The position numbers and the translations under genes are program-made. DNA of 64,000 nt from Alphaproteobacteria bacterium. GTDB lineage: Bacteria; Pseudomonadota; Alphaproteobacteria; MPNO01. Positions 55,216-64,000 of the stretch are shown here, piece after piece; the first letter of the stretch is position 1, and each line of letters begins with the position of its first letter. The stretch spans positions 3,584,001-3,648,000 of the forward strand of contig OZ219866.1 in assembly GCA_964291675.2 (NCBI GenBank). The letters are read 5' to 3'. The notes below the pieces were generated by a model. It was not told the origin of the DNA. It was given only the letters and a program-made list of their open reading frames with translations, and did not search any database.

Positions 55216-55896
55216 TCATTTGACGCCGACGTGCTGGGAGCCGTCCGGCGGCACGAGCCTGGGGCCGAGGTCGTCGCCGATGTTGGCCGTGGCATGGCGC
55301 ACCGAGTCGCGGGCGAGATGCGCGTACCGCGCGGTCGTGGTCACCATGCGATGACCGAGCAGGTCGCCAATCATCGGCAGCCCCTCGCCGAGCGCGAGCG
55401 CCCGGGAGGCGAACGTATGTCGCAAGTCATGCAGGCGGACGTCTTCGAGCCCGGCCTCCTTGCGCACGCGGTCCCACGAGTCGTTGAGGTTGACCAGCCG
55501 GGTGCCCTTCTTCTTGCCCGGGAACACCCACGGATTGCCGGGCGTGCGGGCGAGGCCATCGAACACTCTCGCGGCGGCGGGGGTGAGCGGGACCATGCGG
55601 GTACCAGTCTTCGTGTCGGGGAGCCGCATTTCGCCGGTGTGGAAGTTGAGGTCGTCCCACCGAAGCCCGAGGATTTCGTTACGGCGGCACCCGGTCAGCA
55701 CCAGGAGCCGGATGGCCGCCGCCGCGTGGGTGGAGGCGAGCCGCTTTCCCGGGGCCGCCCGCAGCGTCTCGCCGAGCCGGAAGAGCTCCTCGCGGGTCAG
55801 GAACCGCTCGTGCTTCTCGACCCGGAAGCGGGGCACGCTCCGGGCCGGGTTGCTGCCGGAGGGCCGCCAGCCCCAAGCGTCCGCCAGGTTGAACAT
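55216..55896 (-). pseudogene. 5'-truncated tyrosine integrase (catalytic domain only)
   Basis: Begins mid-protein at MFNLA..NP; TGCRRNE, TKTG, HDLRH, TTARYAH intact; Arm and core-binding regions missing. Confidence 0.8.
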
Positions 55897-56050
55897 CTTC
55901 GTAAGACCTATTATCGGGGCATGGCCGCAAGTGCCTGCGCTTGTCTATGCGTTACTTTTCTTGCGTGTTTAGAATGCTCTAGGGAGATCAGGCCTTGCCT
56001 GCCCGTATCTGCGCAGGGCTTCCAGTGATCGCCGGGTGTTGGCGAATGTG

Positions 56051-56080
56051 TTGACATATGGGTGGCCATTCCGCCACAAT
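56051..56080 (+). promoter_or_regulatory. Candidate sigma70 promoter for a leaderless integrase transcript
   Basis: TTGACA-N18-CACAAT ending 6 nt before ATG 56087; no Shine-Dalgarno sequence. Confidence 0.45.
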
Positions 56081-56086
56081 CCCCCC

Positions 56087-57370
56087 ATGACCGGAAAACG
56101 CGTCGCTCGCCACAAGCTCACCCTCACCAAGCGCGCCGTCGAGGCCATGAAGCCCGCCGACAGGCCCTGGATCGCATGGGACGTCAAGGTCACCGGATTC
56201 GGCGTCCAGGTCCAGCCCACCGGCACCAAGTCCTTCCTGGTCAACTACCGCACCGACGGCGGCGGCAGGAAGGCCCCCAACAAGCGCGTCGTCATCGGCA
56301 GGTTCGACAGGATGTCGGTCGATGACGCACGCAAGATGGCCTACCAGATGCTGGGCAGGGCCGCGGGCGGGGACGATCCTGCGGTCGAGCGCGCCGTGGC
56401 GCGCGGCATGCCCCTGCTTGAGGAGGCCTTCGAGGACTACATGGCGGTCAATCCCAAGCGGGCCGCCAGCTCCAACCGGATGTACCGCGCCGAGTTCGAC
56501 AACATGCTGGGCGACTGGCGCAGGCGCCCGCTCGACAGCATCACCCGGCGCGACGTGGAGGAGCGGTTCAACCGGCTCAGCCGGGATCACGGCTGGGCGC
56601 CTGCCAACCGGGCGATCGCGCAGTTGCGCTCGGTCTACCGCCGTCCCTGCGTCGATCTGGAGGGCTTGCGCAACCCGGTCGATCTCTGGCTCGCCGGCGG
56701 GGGCGAGTACCACACGCCCAGGCGGCGCAAGATCTCCACCCCGGCGGACGTGCTGCCGCGCTGGCGGGCCGGGATCGAGGCGGTGGTGGTCACGCCCGGG
56801 GCGCGGGACGCCTTCCACTTCGGGCTCTACACCGGCATGCGCATTCAGGAGGTGCTGCCGCTGCGCTGGGAGCGCGTGGACATGGCGGGCCTCTTCTTCC
56901 GGGTCGAGGAAACCAAGACGGGGGAGCCTCTGGAGCTGCCCGTCACCCGCCAGCTCGCCGCCATCCTGGAGCGCCGCCGCTCGGAGTGCGACGGCCTGGA
57001 AGGCGGTCTCCGGGACTGGATCTTCCCTTCCGCCCTGAGCGGCTCGGGGCATATCGCCAGTCTGAGCCATCTCTACGCGCGGATCGGCAAGGCCGCCGGC
57101 ACGAAGTTCTGGTATCACGGCCTGCGCAACTGCTTCATCACCGTGGCCGAGCGCGACCTGCTGCTGCCCAGGGCCCTGACCAAGCGTCTGGTCAACCACG
57201 CCCGGCCGGCGGACGTCACCGAGGGCTACGCCGCCGACTGGACCATCGAGCAGCTTCGCGGCCCGGCGCAACTCATCGCCGACAGGATCGAGCTGCTGAT
57301 GAACGGGGGCGAGGTCTCGCCGGCTGACAGTGGTGACGACCGAGCGGCGCACGCGGCGGCAGCGAAATGA
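56087..57370 (+). CDS. Tyrosine integrase with Arm domain
   Basis: AWDVKVTGFGV, TGMRIQE, TKTG, HGLR, LVNH, VTEGY. Confidence 0.92.
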   Translation: MTGKRVARHKLTLTKRAVEAMKPADRPWIAWDVKVTGFGVQVQPTGTKSFLVNYRTDGGGRKAPNKRVVIGRFDRMSVDDARKMAYQMLGRAAGGDDPAVERAVARGMPLLEEAFEDYMAVNPKRAASSNRMYRAEFDNMLGDWRRRPLDSITRRDVEERFNRLSRDHGWAPANRAIAQLRSVYRRPCVDLEGLRNPVDLWLAGGGEYHTPRRRKISTPADVLPRWRAGIEAVVVTPGARDAFHFGLYTGMRIQEVLPLRWERVDMAGLFFRVEETKTGEPLELPVTRQLAAILERRRSECDGLEGGLRDWIFPSALSGSGHIASLSHLYARIGKAAGTKFWYHGLRNCFITVAERDLLLPRALTKRLVNHARPADVTEGYAADWTIEQLRGPAQLIADRIELLMNGGEVSPADSGDDRAAHAAAAK

Positions 57371-58602
57371 CCGACCCCTCCGGCAAGCGGGTCGCGCGGA
57401 CCAGGCTGACCCTGAACCGGCGCAGCGTGAAGGCGCTGAAGCCCGCCGACAAATCCTGGATCGCCTGGGACGACAGGCTGACCGGCTTCGGCGTCCGGGT
57501 GCAGCCCACCGGCCTCAAGTCCTTCATCGTCAACTACCGCGCAGGCGACGGCGGGCGGAAGGCGCCCAACCGGCGCGTCGTGCTCGGCCGCCACGGCGCG
57601 ATATCGGTGGCTCACGCCAGGCGCGAGGCGCGCGAGCTGTTGAACAAGGCGGCCCGCGGCGAGGACCCGGCGGGAGCACGTTCCGAGGCGCGCCGCATGC
57701 CGACGCTGGAGCAGGCCTTCACGGATTTCATGGACGCCAACACCAAGCGGGCGGCGGGGACCGACAGGCTCTACCGCGAGGAGTTCGCCCGCCACTTCTC
57801 CGAGTGGCACGAGCGTCCGCTCGACACCATCTCGCGGCGCGACGTGGAGGCCCACTTCAACCGGCTCACCGAGGACAGCGGCTGGTCTCCGGCCAACCGG
57901 GCGATCTCGCTGCTGCGCTCGATCTACCGCCGCCCCTGCGTCGATCTCGACGGCCTGCGCAACCCGGTCGATCTGTGGCTTGCGGGCGGCGGCAAGTACC
58001 ACCGCCAACGGCGGCGCAAGATCTCCACCCCGGCGGAGGTGCTGCCGCGCTGGAAGAAGGGGATCGTGGAGACGGTGAGCACGCCGTGCGTGCGCGACGC
58101 CTTCTGGTTCGGCTTCTACACCGGCATGCGCCTGAGGGAGGTGCTGCCGTTGTGCTGGGACCGAGTGGAGAAGACGAACATGGTCTTCCGGGTCGAGGAG
58201 ACCAAGACGGGCGCACCTCTGGAGCTGCCGATCACCCGGCAGCTTGCCGCGATCCTGCAACGCCGATTGGCAGACAGCGGGGCGTCATCGGACGATGACG
58301 ACGACTGGGTGTTTCCGTCCGCCCTGCCTGGCGCCGTGGGCCACATCGCGGACCTGTCGCACCACTACAAATGCATCGGCGAGGCGGGCGGGGCGCGGTT
58401 CTGGTACCACGGCCTGCGCAACTGCTTCATCACCGTCGCTGAGCGCGACCTGCTGCTGCCCCATGCGCTGACCAAGCGGCTGGTGAACCACGCGCCCGCT
58501 AGCGACATCACCGAGGGCTACGCGGCCGACTGGACCATCGAGCAGCTCCGCGAGCCGGCGCAGAGGATCGCGGACCGCATCGAGGAATTGATGAACTCCT
58601 GA
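57367..58602 (+). CDS. Tyrosine integrase with Arm domain (tandem paralog)
   Basis: AWDDRLTGFGV, TGMRLRE, TKTG, HGLR, LVNH, ITEGY; ATGA overlap. Confidence 0.92.
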   Translation: MTDPSGKRVARTRLTLNRRSVKALKPADKSWIAWDDRLTGFGVRVQPTGLKSFIVNYRAGDGGRKAPNRRVVLGRHGAISVAHARREARELLNKAARGEDPAGARSEARRMPTLEQAFTDFMDANTKRAAGTDRLYREEFARHFSEWHERPLDTISRRDVEAHFNRLTEDSGWSPANRAISLLRSIYRRPCVDLDGLRNPVDLWLAGGGKYHRQRRRKISTPAEVLPRWKKGIVETVSTPCVRDAFWFGFYTGMRLREVLPLCWDRVEKTNMVFRVEETKTGAPLELPITRQLAAILQRRLADSGASSDDDDDWVFPSALPGAVGHIADLSHHYKCIGEAGGARFWYHGLRNCFITVAERDLLLPHALTKRLVNHAPASDITEGYAADWTIEQLREPAQRIADRIEELMNS

Positions 58603-59105
58603 GGCTGGCGGGTCGTCGAGGCATGCGCCGCGGTCCCCGCTCGTCCGGAACCATTGGCAAGCCTGTCCCGATGGAGCGCGGCATGATCTTCATGCATGCG
58701 CGGCACCGTGCCATCATGTGAGATCGCCGAGCCTCTGTGGCATCCACCTTGCGGGCCCTCGCGGACTACGCCAAGGCCGCATCTTCTTTAGCCTGCGATC
58801 AATACGACTGGCTTCGCTGACGACCCGGAAGCGAAAACTCGGTTGAGAAGAGACTCGGACCTGCGTCTGGCTTAGTCCCCACTGGAATCGCGCCCGATTG
58901 TTCAATATGAAAGCCGAGGCCGACTACACTGCATTGTACAGTTCAATTTGAGGTCCGCTATCTTTCAGGATTTGAAAAGAGACGCCTGTCTACTCCCCCG
59001 CTATCCTCAGCTCGCCATGCGGCGATAACCCGACACGGCAGCGTGCAAGATCCGTCCGATCCTCGCAGTAATTCACCTCCCGCAGAATCAGCCCCCGCGA
59101 CCACA

Positions 59106-62100
59106 GTGACCAAGCAGGACGAGCCCCTACGCTGCCTCTCGCTTGACCTTGAGGTCAGCAAAGAAACCGGCCGCATCCAAGCCTTCGGTGCGGTGTGCGC
59201 CAATACCGGACAGGGTTATTCCGGCGGCGGCTCTGCATCGGAGCTCTCGAAGCTCGACGAACTCGCCTCCGACGCGTCCTTCGTTCTCGGCCACAACCTG
59301 ATTGCCTTCGACCTGCCCCACCTCAAGGCGGCGAAGCCCGATCTGCATCTGCTCACGCTGCCGGCGATAGACACGCTGCGTCTCAACCCCCTCGCCTTCC
59401 CCCGCAATCCGTATCACCACCTCGTCAAGCACTATCAGGACGGGGGGCTCAAACGCGGCCAGATCAACGACCCGGAGCTCGATTCCCGTCTTGCGCTCGA
59501 GGTTTTCGACGATCAGCGGGAAGCACTGCGGAAAACCGCGCCCGATCTGCTCACCGCCTGGCACCGGTTGACCACACCGGCACCGCAGGGTGCGGACCGT
59601 GCTCTCGACGATTTCCTTTCCGAGCTAAGGGGGGCACGCCGCCCGTCGGACGCGGAGGCCCTCGCGGCGACTTTTAGGCTTCTGGAGGGCAACGCCTGCG
59701 GATCCAATGGACACGAGGCCTGGCCGGTCGCGGAGAGTTCAGGCTGGCCGCTGGCCTACGCACTGGCCTGGCTGTCGGTCGCCGGTGGTAACTCTGTAAT
59801 GCCGCCCTGGGTTCGTCACCAGTTCCCGGAGGCAGGACGCCTCGTGCGCCGGCTCAGGGACACGGCCTGTGCCGACCCCTCTTGCGGCTGGTGCCGCGAG
59901 CGCCACGACGCCCGCAAGCAGCTGAAGCGCTGGTTCGGCTTCGACGACTTCCGTCCCAAACCGGCGAACGCCGACGGACATCCCATGCAGCACGCCATCG
60001 TCGAGGCGGCCATGCAGGGCAACCATGTGCTGGGCATCCTGCCCACCGGCACAGGCAAGTCGCTCTGCTACCAGATCCCGGCGCTATCGCGCTACGACAA
60101 CACCGGTGCGCTGACAGTGGTGATCTCGCCCCTGGTAGCGCTCATGGCAGACCAGGTGGCGGGACTGGAAGCGAGGGGGATCGTCTCGTGCGTGACGATC
60201 AACGGTCTTCTGTCGATGCCCGAGCGGGCCGACGCATTGGATCGGGTACGCCTCGGGGATGCGGCAATCCTGCTGATCTCGCCGGAGCAGCTCCGCGCCC
60301 GCTCCCTGCGCCGGATTCTCGACCAGCGCGAGATCGGCGCCTGGGTCTTGGACGAGGCTCATTGCCTGTCGCGCTGGGGTCACGACTTTCGTCCCGACTA
60401 CCGCTATGTCGGCCGCTTCATCCGGGAGAAGGCCGGTGAAGAGCCTGTGCCGCCGGTGCTGTGCTTGACCGCCACCGCCAAGCCGGACGTTACCGAGGAC
60501 ATCGCGCGGCACTTTCGAGACAAGCTCGGCATCGAGCTCATGGTCTTCGATGGCGGCGCCGAACGCAGCAATCTGACTTTCGAAGTGATGCCGACGTCGG
60601 GCGGTGAGAAGTTCGGGCACATCCATCAGGTCCTGACCTCGCACCTTCCGCCGCACACGCCCGGCGGTGCCATCGTCTATTGCGCGACGCGTCGCCAAAG
60701 CGAGGAGGTGGCGGAGTTCCTGCAACTGAAGGACCTCGCGGCAGAGTATTTCCACGCCGGCGTGCCGCCGGAAACCAAGAAGGACGTGCAGCGGCGCTTC
60801 ATCGGCGGCGAGTTGCGCGCCATCGCGGCGACCAATGCCTTCGGCATGGGCATCGACAAGCCGGACGTGCGCCTCGTGGTCCACGCCGACATCCCCGGCT
60901 CTCTGGAGAACTACCTTCAGGAGGCGGGACGTGCCGGACGGGACCGGCAATCGGCGCGCTGCGTCCTGCTCTATGCAGCGGACGACGTGGAACGCCAATT
61001 CGGCATGTCCGCCCGCTCGCGGCTTACGCGCCAGGAGATACACGGCGTGCTGAGGGCGCTCCGCAATCTGCACCGCAAGAGGCGGTGCAACGGCGCGGTC
61101 GTTGCCACAACCGCCGAAATCCTCGGCGAGGACGACGAGCAGGCGTTCGAACGCGACACGGCGACGGACGACACGCGCGTTCGCACCGCCATCGCCTGGC
61201 TGGAGGAGGCCTCGCTCCTGCAACGCGAGGAAAACGTGGTTCAGGTGTTCCCCTCGTCGCTCCGGGTAAACTCGGTCGGGGAGGCTCGCAAGCAGCTCGC
61301 ACGAGCCGACATTGCGGACTCCTATCGCCGGCAGTTGCTGCGCATCGCCGAAGCGCTGATACAGGCCGGTGCGGACGAGGGTCTCAGCACCGACGAGTTG
61401 ATGGCGGTCTCGGGCCTGGGCCCCAAGGCCGTAGTCGGCGCCCTGTACGATCTCGAGCGGCTCGGCATCGCCAGCAACGACACGATGCTTACCGCGTTCG
61501 TGCATACCGGCGTGGAGCGCTCGTCCTCCAAGCGTCTCGGCCAGGCGGCCGAGCTGGAGACCGCCCTGATCGCGCACATGCGCGAGGCGGCATGGGATCA
61601 GGGCAAGGGAGACACGGCATTGCTGCACCTGCGCATCGCCGCGCAGGAACTGCGGGACCAGGGATTGCCCGATCCGCTTCCCGAGCGCCTGTGGCGCATC
61701 GTTCGCAGCATCGCCTACGACGGCCGCGGCGAGGACGGCGCTGCCGGCAGTCTTTCGGTCAGAAAGCAGGATGCGGAAACCGCACGAATAACCTTGCAGC
61801 GGGAATGGTCAGCGCTTGAGGAGACGGCGCAGATCCGGCGCGAGGCAGCCGGACGCCTGCTGGAGCATCTCTTGTCCTGTTTGCCCTCAGGAACCCGTGG
61901 CACGGACCTCCTGGCGGAGACGACACTCGGCAAGCTGATGCAAGCGATCGAATCGGACATCGTTCTGAGGAGCAGAGTGAGGTATCCCGACAAACTTCTG
62001 GACCGCGCCCTGCTTTGGCTCCACGAGCAGGAGGTCATCCGCCTCAACAAGGGGCTGACGGTATTCCGACCGGCCATGACCGTCCACTTGGAACAGCGGG

Positions 62101-64000
62101 AACGGACTGGCTTCACCAAGGCCGACTTCGAACCTCTCGCTCTCCATTACAAGGGCCAGGTCCTGCAGATCCATGTCATGGTGGCGTTCGCGGAGCATGG
62201 CCTCGCTTCCATGAGGGACGCGCATCGTCTTGCGATGGACTACTTCACGCTCAACGAGGAGGGGTTCCTCGACCGCTGGCTCGCCGGCCGGGACAAGGAA
62301 ATCGGCCGGGAAACCACGCCGGAATCCTGGCATGCCATCGTCGAGAGTCTGCGGGACACCGTGCAGCAGAGGATCGTGGCTGACGACCGCGATCAGACCA
62401 ACGTTCTCGTGCTCGCCGGGCCCGGGTCCGGCAAGACGCGGGTGCTGGTGCACCGCATCGCCTATCTGATCCGGGCACGCCGCGAGAATCCCAGAGGCAT
62501 CCTCGCGCTCGCCTACAACCGCCATGCGGCGGTCGATATCCGCCGCCGCCTGCACGAGTTGATCGGCGACGACGCGCGAGCCGTCACCGTGCTCACCTGC
62601 CATGCCCTTGCCATGCGGCTCGCCGGTGCCAGTTTCACGGGCCGGTCGGAGCAGCCCGACGACGAGGTCTTCCGCGAAGTCTTGCGCCGCGCGGTCGAGC
62701 TGCTGCGCGGCGAGGGCCTTCCGCCGGACGAGGCCGACGACCAGAGGGAGCGGCTTCTGGCCGGGTTCCGCTGGATCCTGGTGGACGAGTACCAGGACAT
62801 CGGTGCGGATCAGTACGAGCTGATCTCCGCACTGGCCGGCCGGACCCTCGAGGACGAGGCCGGCAAGCTCACCCTGTTCGCCGTCGGCGACGACGACCAG
62901 AACATCTACGCCTTCAACGGCGCCTCGGTTGAGTTCATCCGCCGTTTCGAGGCGGACTACGGACCAACGCCCACTTATCTCGTCGGCAACTACCGCTCCA
63001 CCGGTCATATCATCGCGGCGGCCAACGCGATGATCGCGCCGGCCCGCGAGCGAATGAAAGCACAGCATCCGATCCACATCGACAGGGCGCGCGCGAAGGA
63101 CCCGCCGGGCGCAGCGTGGAAGGAGCTCGACCCGGTCGGGCAAGGGCGTGTGCAAATCCTGCCGGCCGGAAGCGATCCGGTTTCCCAGGCGCAGACCGTG
63201 ATGGCGGAGTTCCTGCGCCTTGCCACTCTACCGGGCTGGGACTGGTCGCGATGCGCAGTGATCGCGCGCGAGTGGAAATACTTGGCGCCGGTGCGTGCCT
63301 TCTGCGAAGCGCACGATATTCCGGCTCAGATGGGGAACGAGGAAATCCCGAGCTTCTGGCGTCTACGAGAGACCCAAACATTCGTCGATTGGCTGCGCGC
63401 GCGGGAGCCCCGCGTCGTGGACGGCGCGGCACTGGCAGGCTGGGTCGAAGCATGCCCGCCCGGTCCCTGGCACGACCTCCTGCGTCAAGCTATCGAAGAG
63501 CACGCACTCGAGACCGGCGGTGGTGAAGCGCCAGCGGACCACGTAATCGAATGGCTGGCCGAGTGGGGTCGGGACATACGCCGGCGCCAGCAAGGCCTGT
63601 TGCTGTTGACCGGACACCGGGCCAAAGGTTTGGAGTTCGACCACGTCGCCGTGCTCGACGGCGGCTGGGGCCGCGTCGGACGGGACGAGGATCCAGACGC
63701 ACCCCGCAGGCTCTACTATGTAGCCATGACCCGCGCTCGACAGACCCTCGCGCTCGCGCGTTTCGAGGGGCGTCACCCGCTACAGGATGTCCTGCGCGAT
63801 CATCCTTCGGTGCTCAATCGCGCCCGGGCTGAGCTTCCGCCACCATCCGCCGAGCTTCTCTATCATCACGTTCGCGCTCGTTTGCGGGACGTGCACTTGA
63901 GCTTTGCCGGACGCCGGCACGAACATCAACCCATACACCGCGCGATCGCCGCTCTTTCGCCCGGCGACGGGCTACAGACGCGTGTCAAGGACAGCGGGCG
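59106..64000 (+). CDS. Large RecQ-family helicase fused to an N-terminal exonuclease-like domain and a C-terminal UvrD helicase, 3'-partial
   Basis: Motifs all in one frame (absent from the ORF track because it runs off the window): LDLE..GHN..FD; LPTGTGKSLCYQ, DEAHC, ATNAFGMGIDK, QEAGRAGRD; AGPGSGKT, VDEYQD, GDDDQ, NYRS, HRAKGLEFD, YVAMTRA; start could be GTG 59043. Confidence 0.9.
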   Translation, partial: MTKQDEPLRCLSLDLEVSKETGRIQAFGAVCANTGQGYSGGGSASELSKLDELASDASFVLGHNLIAFDLPHLKAAKPDLHLLTLPAIDTLRLNPLAFPRNPYHHLVKHYQDGGLKRGQINDPELDSRLALEVFDDQREALRKTAPDLLTAWHRLTTPAPQGADRALDDFLSELRGARRPSDAEALAATFRLLEGNACGSNGHEAWPVAESSGWPLAYALAWLSVAGGNSVMPPWVRHQFPEAGRLVRRLRDTACADPSCGWCRERHDARKQLKRWFGFDDFRPKPANADGHPMQHAIVEAAMQGNHVLGILPTGTGKSLCYQIPALSRYDNTGALTVVISPLVALMADQVAGLEARGIVSCVTINGLLSMPERADALDRVRLGDAAILLISPEQLRARSLRRILDQREIGAWVLDEAHCLSRWGHDFRPDYRYVGRFIREKAGEEPVPPVLCLTATAKPDVTEDIARHFRDKLGIELMVFDGGAERSNLTFEVMPTSGGEKFGHIHQVLTSHLPPHTPGGAIVYCATRRQSEEVAEFLQLKDLAAEYFHAGVPPETKKDVQRRFIGGELRAIAATNAFGMGIDKPDVRLVVHADIPGSLENYLQEAGRAGRDRQSARCVLLYAADDVERQFGMSARSRLTRQEIHGVLRALRNLHRKRRCNGAVVATTAEILGEDDEQAFERDTATDDTRVRTAIAWLEEASLLQREENVVQVFPSSLRVNSVGEARKQLARADIADSYRRQLLRIAEALIQAGADEGLSTDELMAVSGLGPKAVVGALYDLERLGIASNDTMLTAFVHTGVERSSSKRLGQAAELETALIAHMREAAWDQGKGDTALLHLRIAAQELRDQGLPDPLPERLWRIVRSIAYDGRGEDGAAGSLSVRKQDAETARITLQREWSALEETAQIRREAAGRLLEHLLSCLPSGTRGTDLLAETTLGKLMQAIESDIVLRSRVRYPDKLLDRALLWLHEQEVIRLNKGLTVFRPAMTVHLEQRERTGFTKADFEPLALHYKGQVLQIHVMVAFAEHGLASMRDAHRLAMDYFTLNEEGFLDRWLAGRDKEIGRETTPESWHAIVESLRDTVQQRIVADDRDQTNVLVLAGPGSGKTRVLVHRIAYLIRARRENPRGILALAYNRHAAVDIRRRLHELIGDDARAVTVLTCHALAMRLAGASFTGRSEQPDDEVFREVLRRAVELLRGEGLPPDEADDQRERLLAGFRWILVDEYQDIGADQYELISALAGRTLEDEAGKLTLFAVGDDDQNIYAFNGASVEFIRRFEADYGPTPTYLVGNYRSTGHIIAAANAMIAPARERMKAQHPIHIDRARAKDPPGAAWKELDPVGQGRVQILPAGSDPVSQAQTVMAEFLRLATLPGWDWSRCAVIAREWKYLAPVRAFCEAHDIPAQMGNEEIPSFWRLRETQTFVDWLRAREPRVVDGAALAGWVEACPPGPWHDLLRQAIEEHALETGGGEAPADHVIEWLAEWGRDIRRRQQGLLLLTGHRAKGLEFDHVAVLDGGWGRVGRDEDPDAPRRLYYVAMTRARQTLALARFEGRHPLQDVLRDHPSVLNRARAELPPPSAELLYHHVRARLRDVHLSFAGRRHEHQPIHRAIAALSPGDGLQTRVKDSG

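Larger units (their letters stand above)
38651..64000. mobile_element. Mosaic genomic island (integrative element / defence island), right end beyond window
   Basis: Starts at the toxin truncation; lower-GC cargo, excisionase-like HTH, five tyrosine recombinases, defence-type genes. Confidence 0.65.

Noticed and set aside
55891-55924. Possible lox-like site at the integrase truncation point (TTATCGGGGCATGG)
   Set aside because: No complementary left arm and the spacer is unrelated to sites L and R.
53993-58602. RIT (recombinase-in-trio) element
   Set aside because: The genes form two divergent pairs with Arm domains rather than three co-oriented RitABC genes, and no terminal inverted repeats were seen.

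Overview
High-GC bacterial window, probably Alphaproteobacteria (palindromic GTCATGGCCGG/GTCATGCCCGG-type intergenic repeats). The giant Calx-beta/cadherin/SRCR autotransporter-like adhesins suggest a marine invertebrate (e.g. sponge) symbiont; this is an inference. Bases 1-38.6 kb are chromosomal-type metabolic genes: DMT transporters, an aromatic/heteroaromatic catabolism set (two UbiD, Rieske alpha subunit, HpaB-like, MmgE/PrpD, frameshifted VOC protein, HmfH-like GMC oxidase), a MetE-like gene with a three-subunit Co-type nitrile/thiocyanate hydrolase operon, and two giant autotransporter adhesins. At ~38,651 a PIN toxin gene is cut off and a mosaic island begins. It carries an excisionase-like HTH, HU and a Cre-family recombinase. 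The recombinase gene sits between two inverted 13-8-13 lox-like sites with the same 8-bp spacer, a candidate self-inverting promoter switch. Further on are an SRCR adhesin fused in frame to a UvrD-helicase C-terminal half, a DarT-like ADP-ribosyltransferase coupled to an ADP-ribosylglycohydrolase (ARH/DraG family instead of a macrodomain or NADAR DarG), a NucC/DUF6602-like nuclease, four tyrosine integrases in two divergent tandem pairs, and a RecQ-UvrD fusion helicase that runs off the end. No rRNA, tRNA or CRISPR array was seen. All calls come from visual motif recognition; no searches were run.
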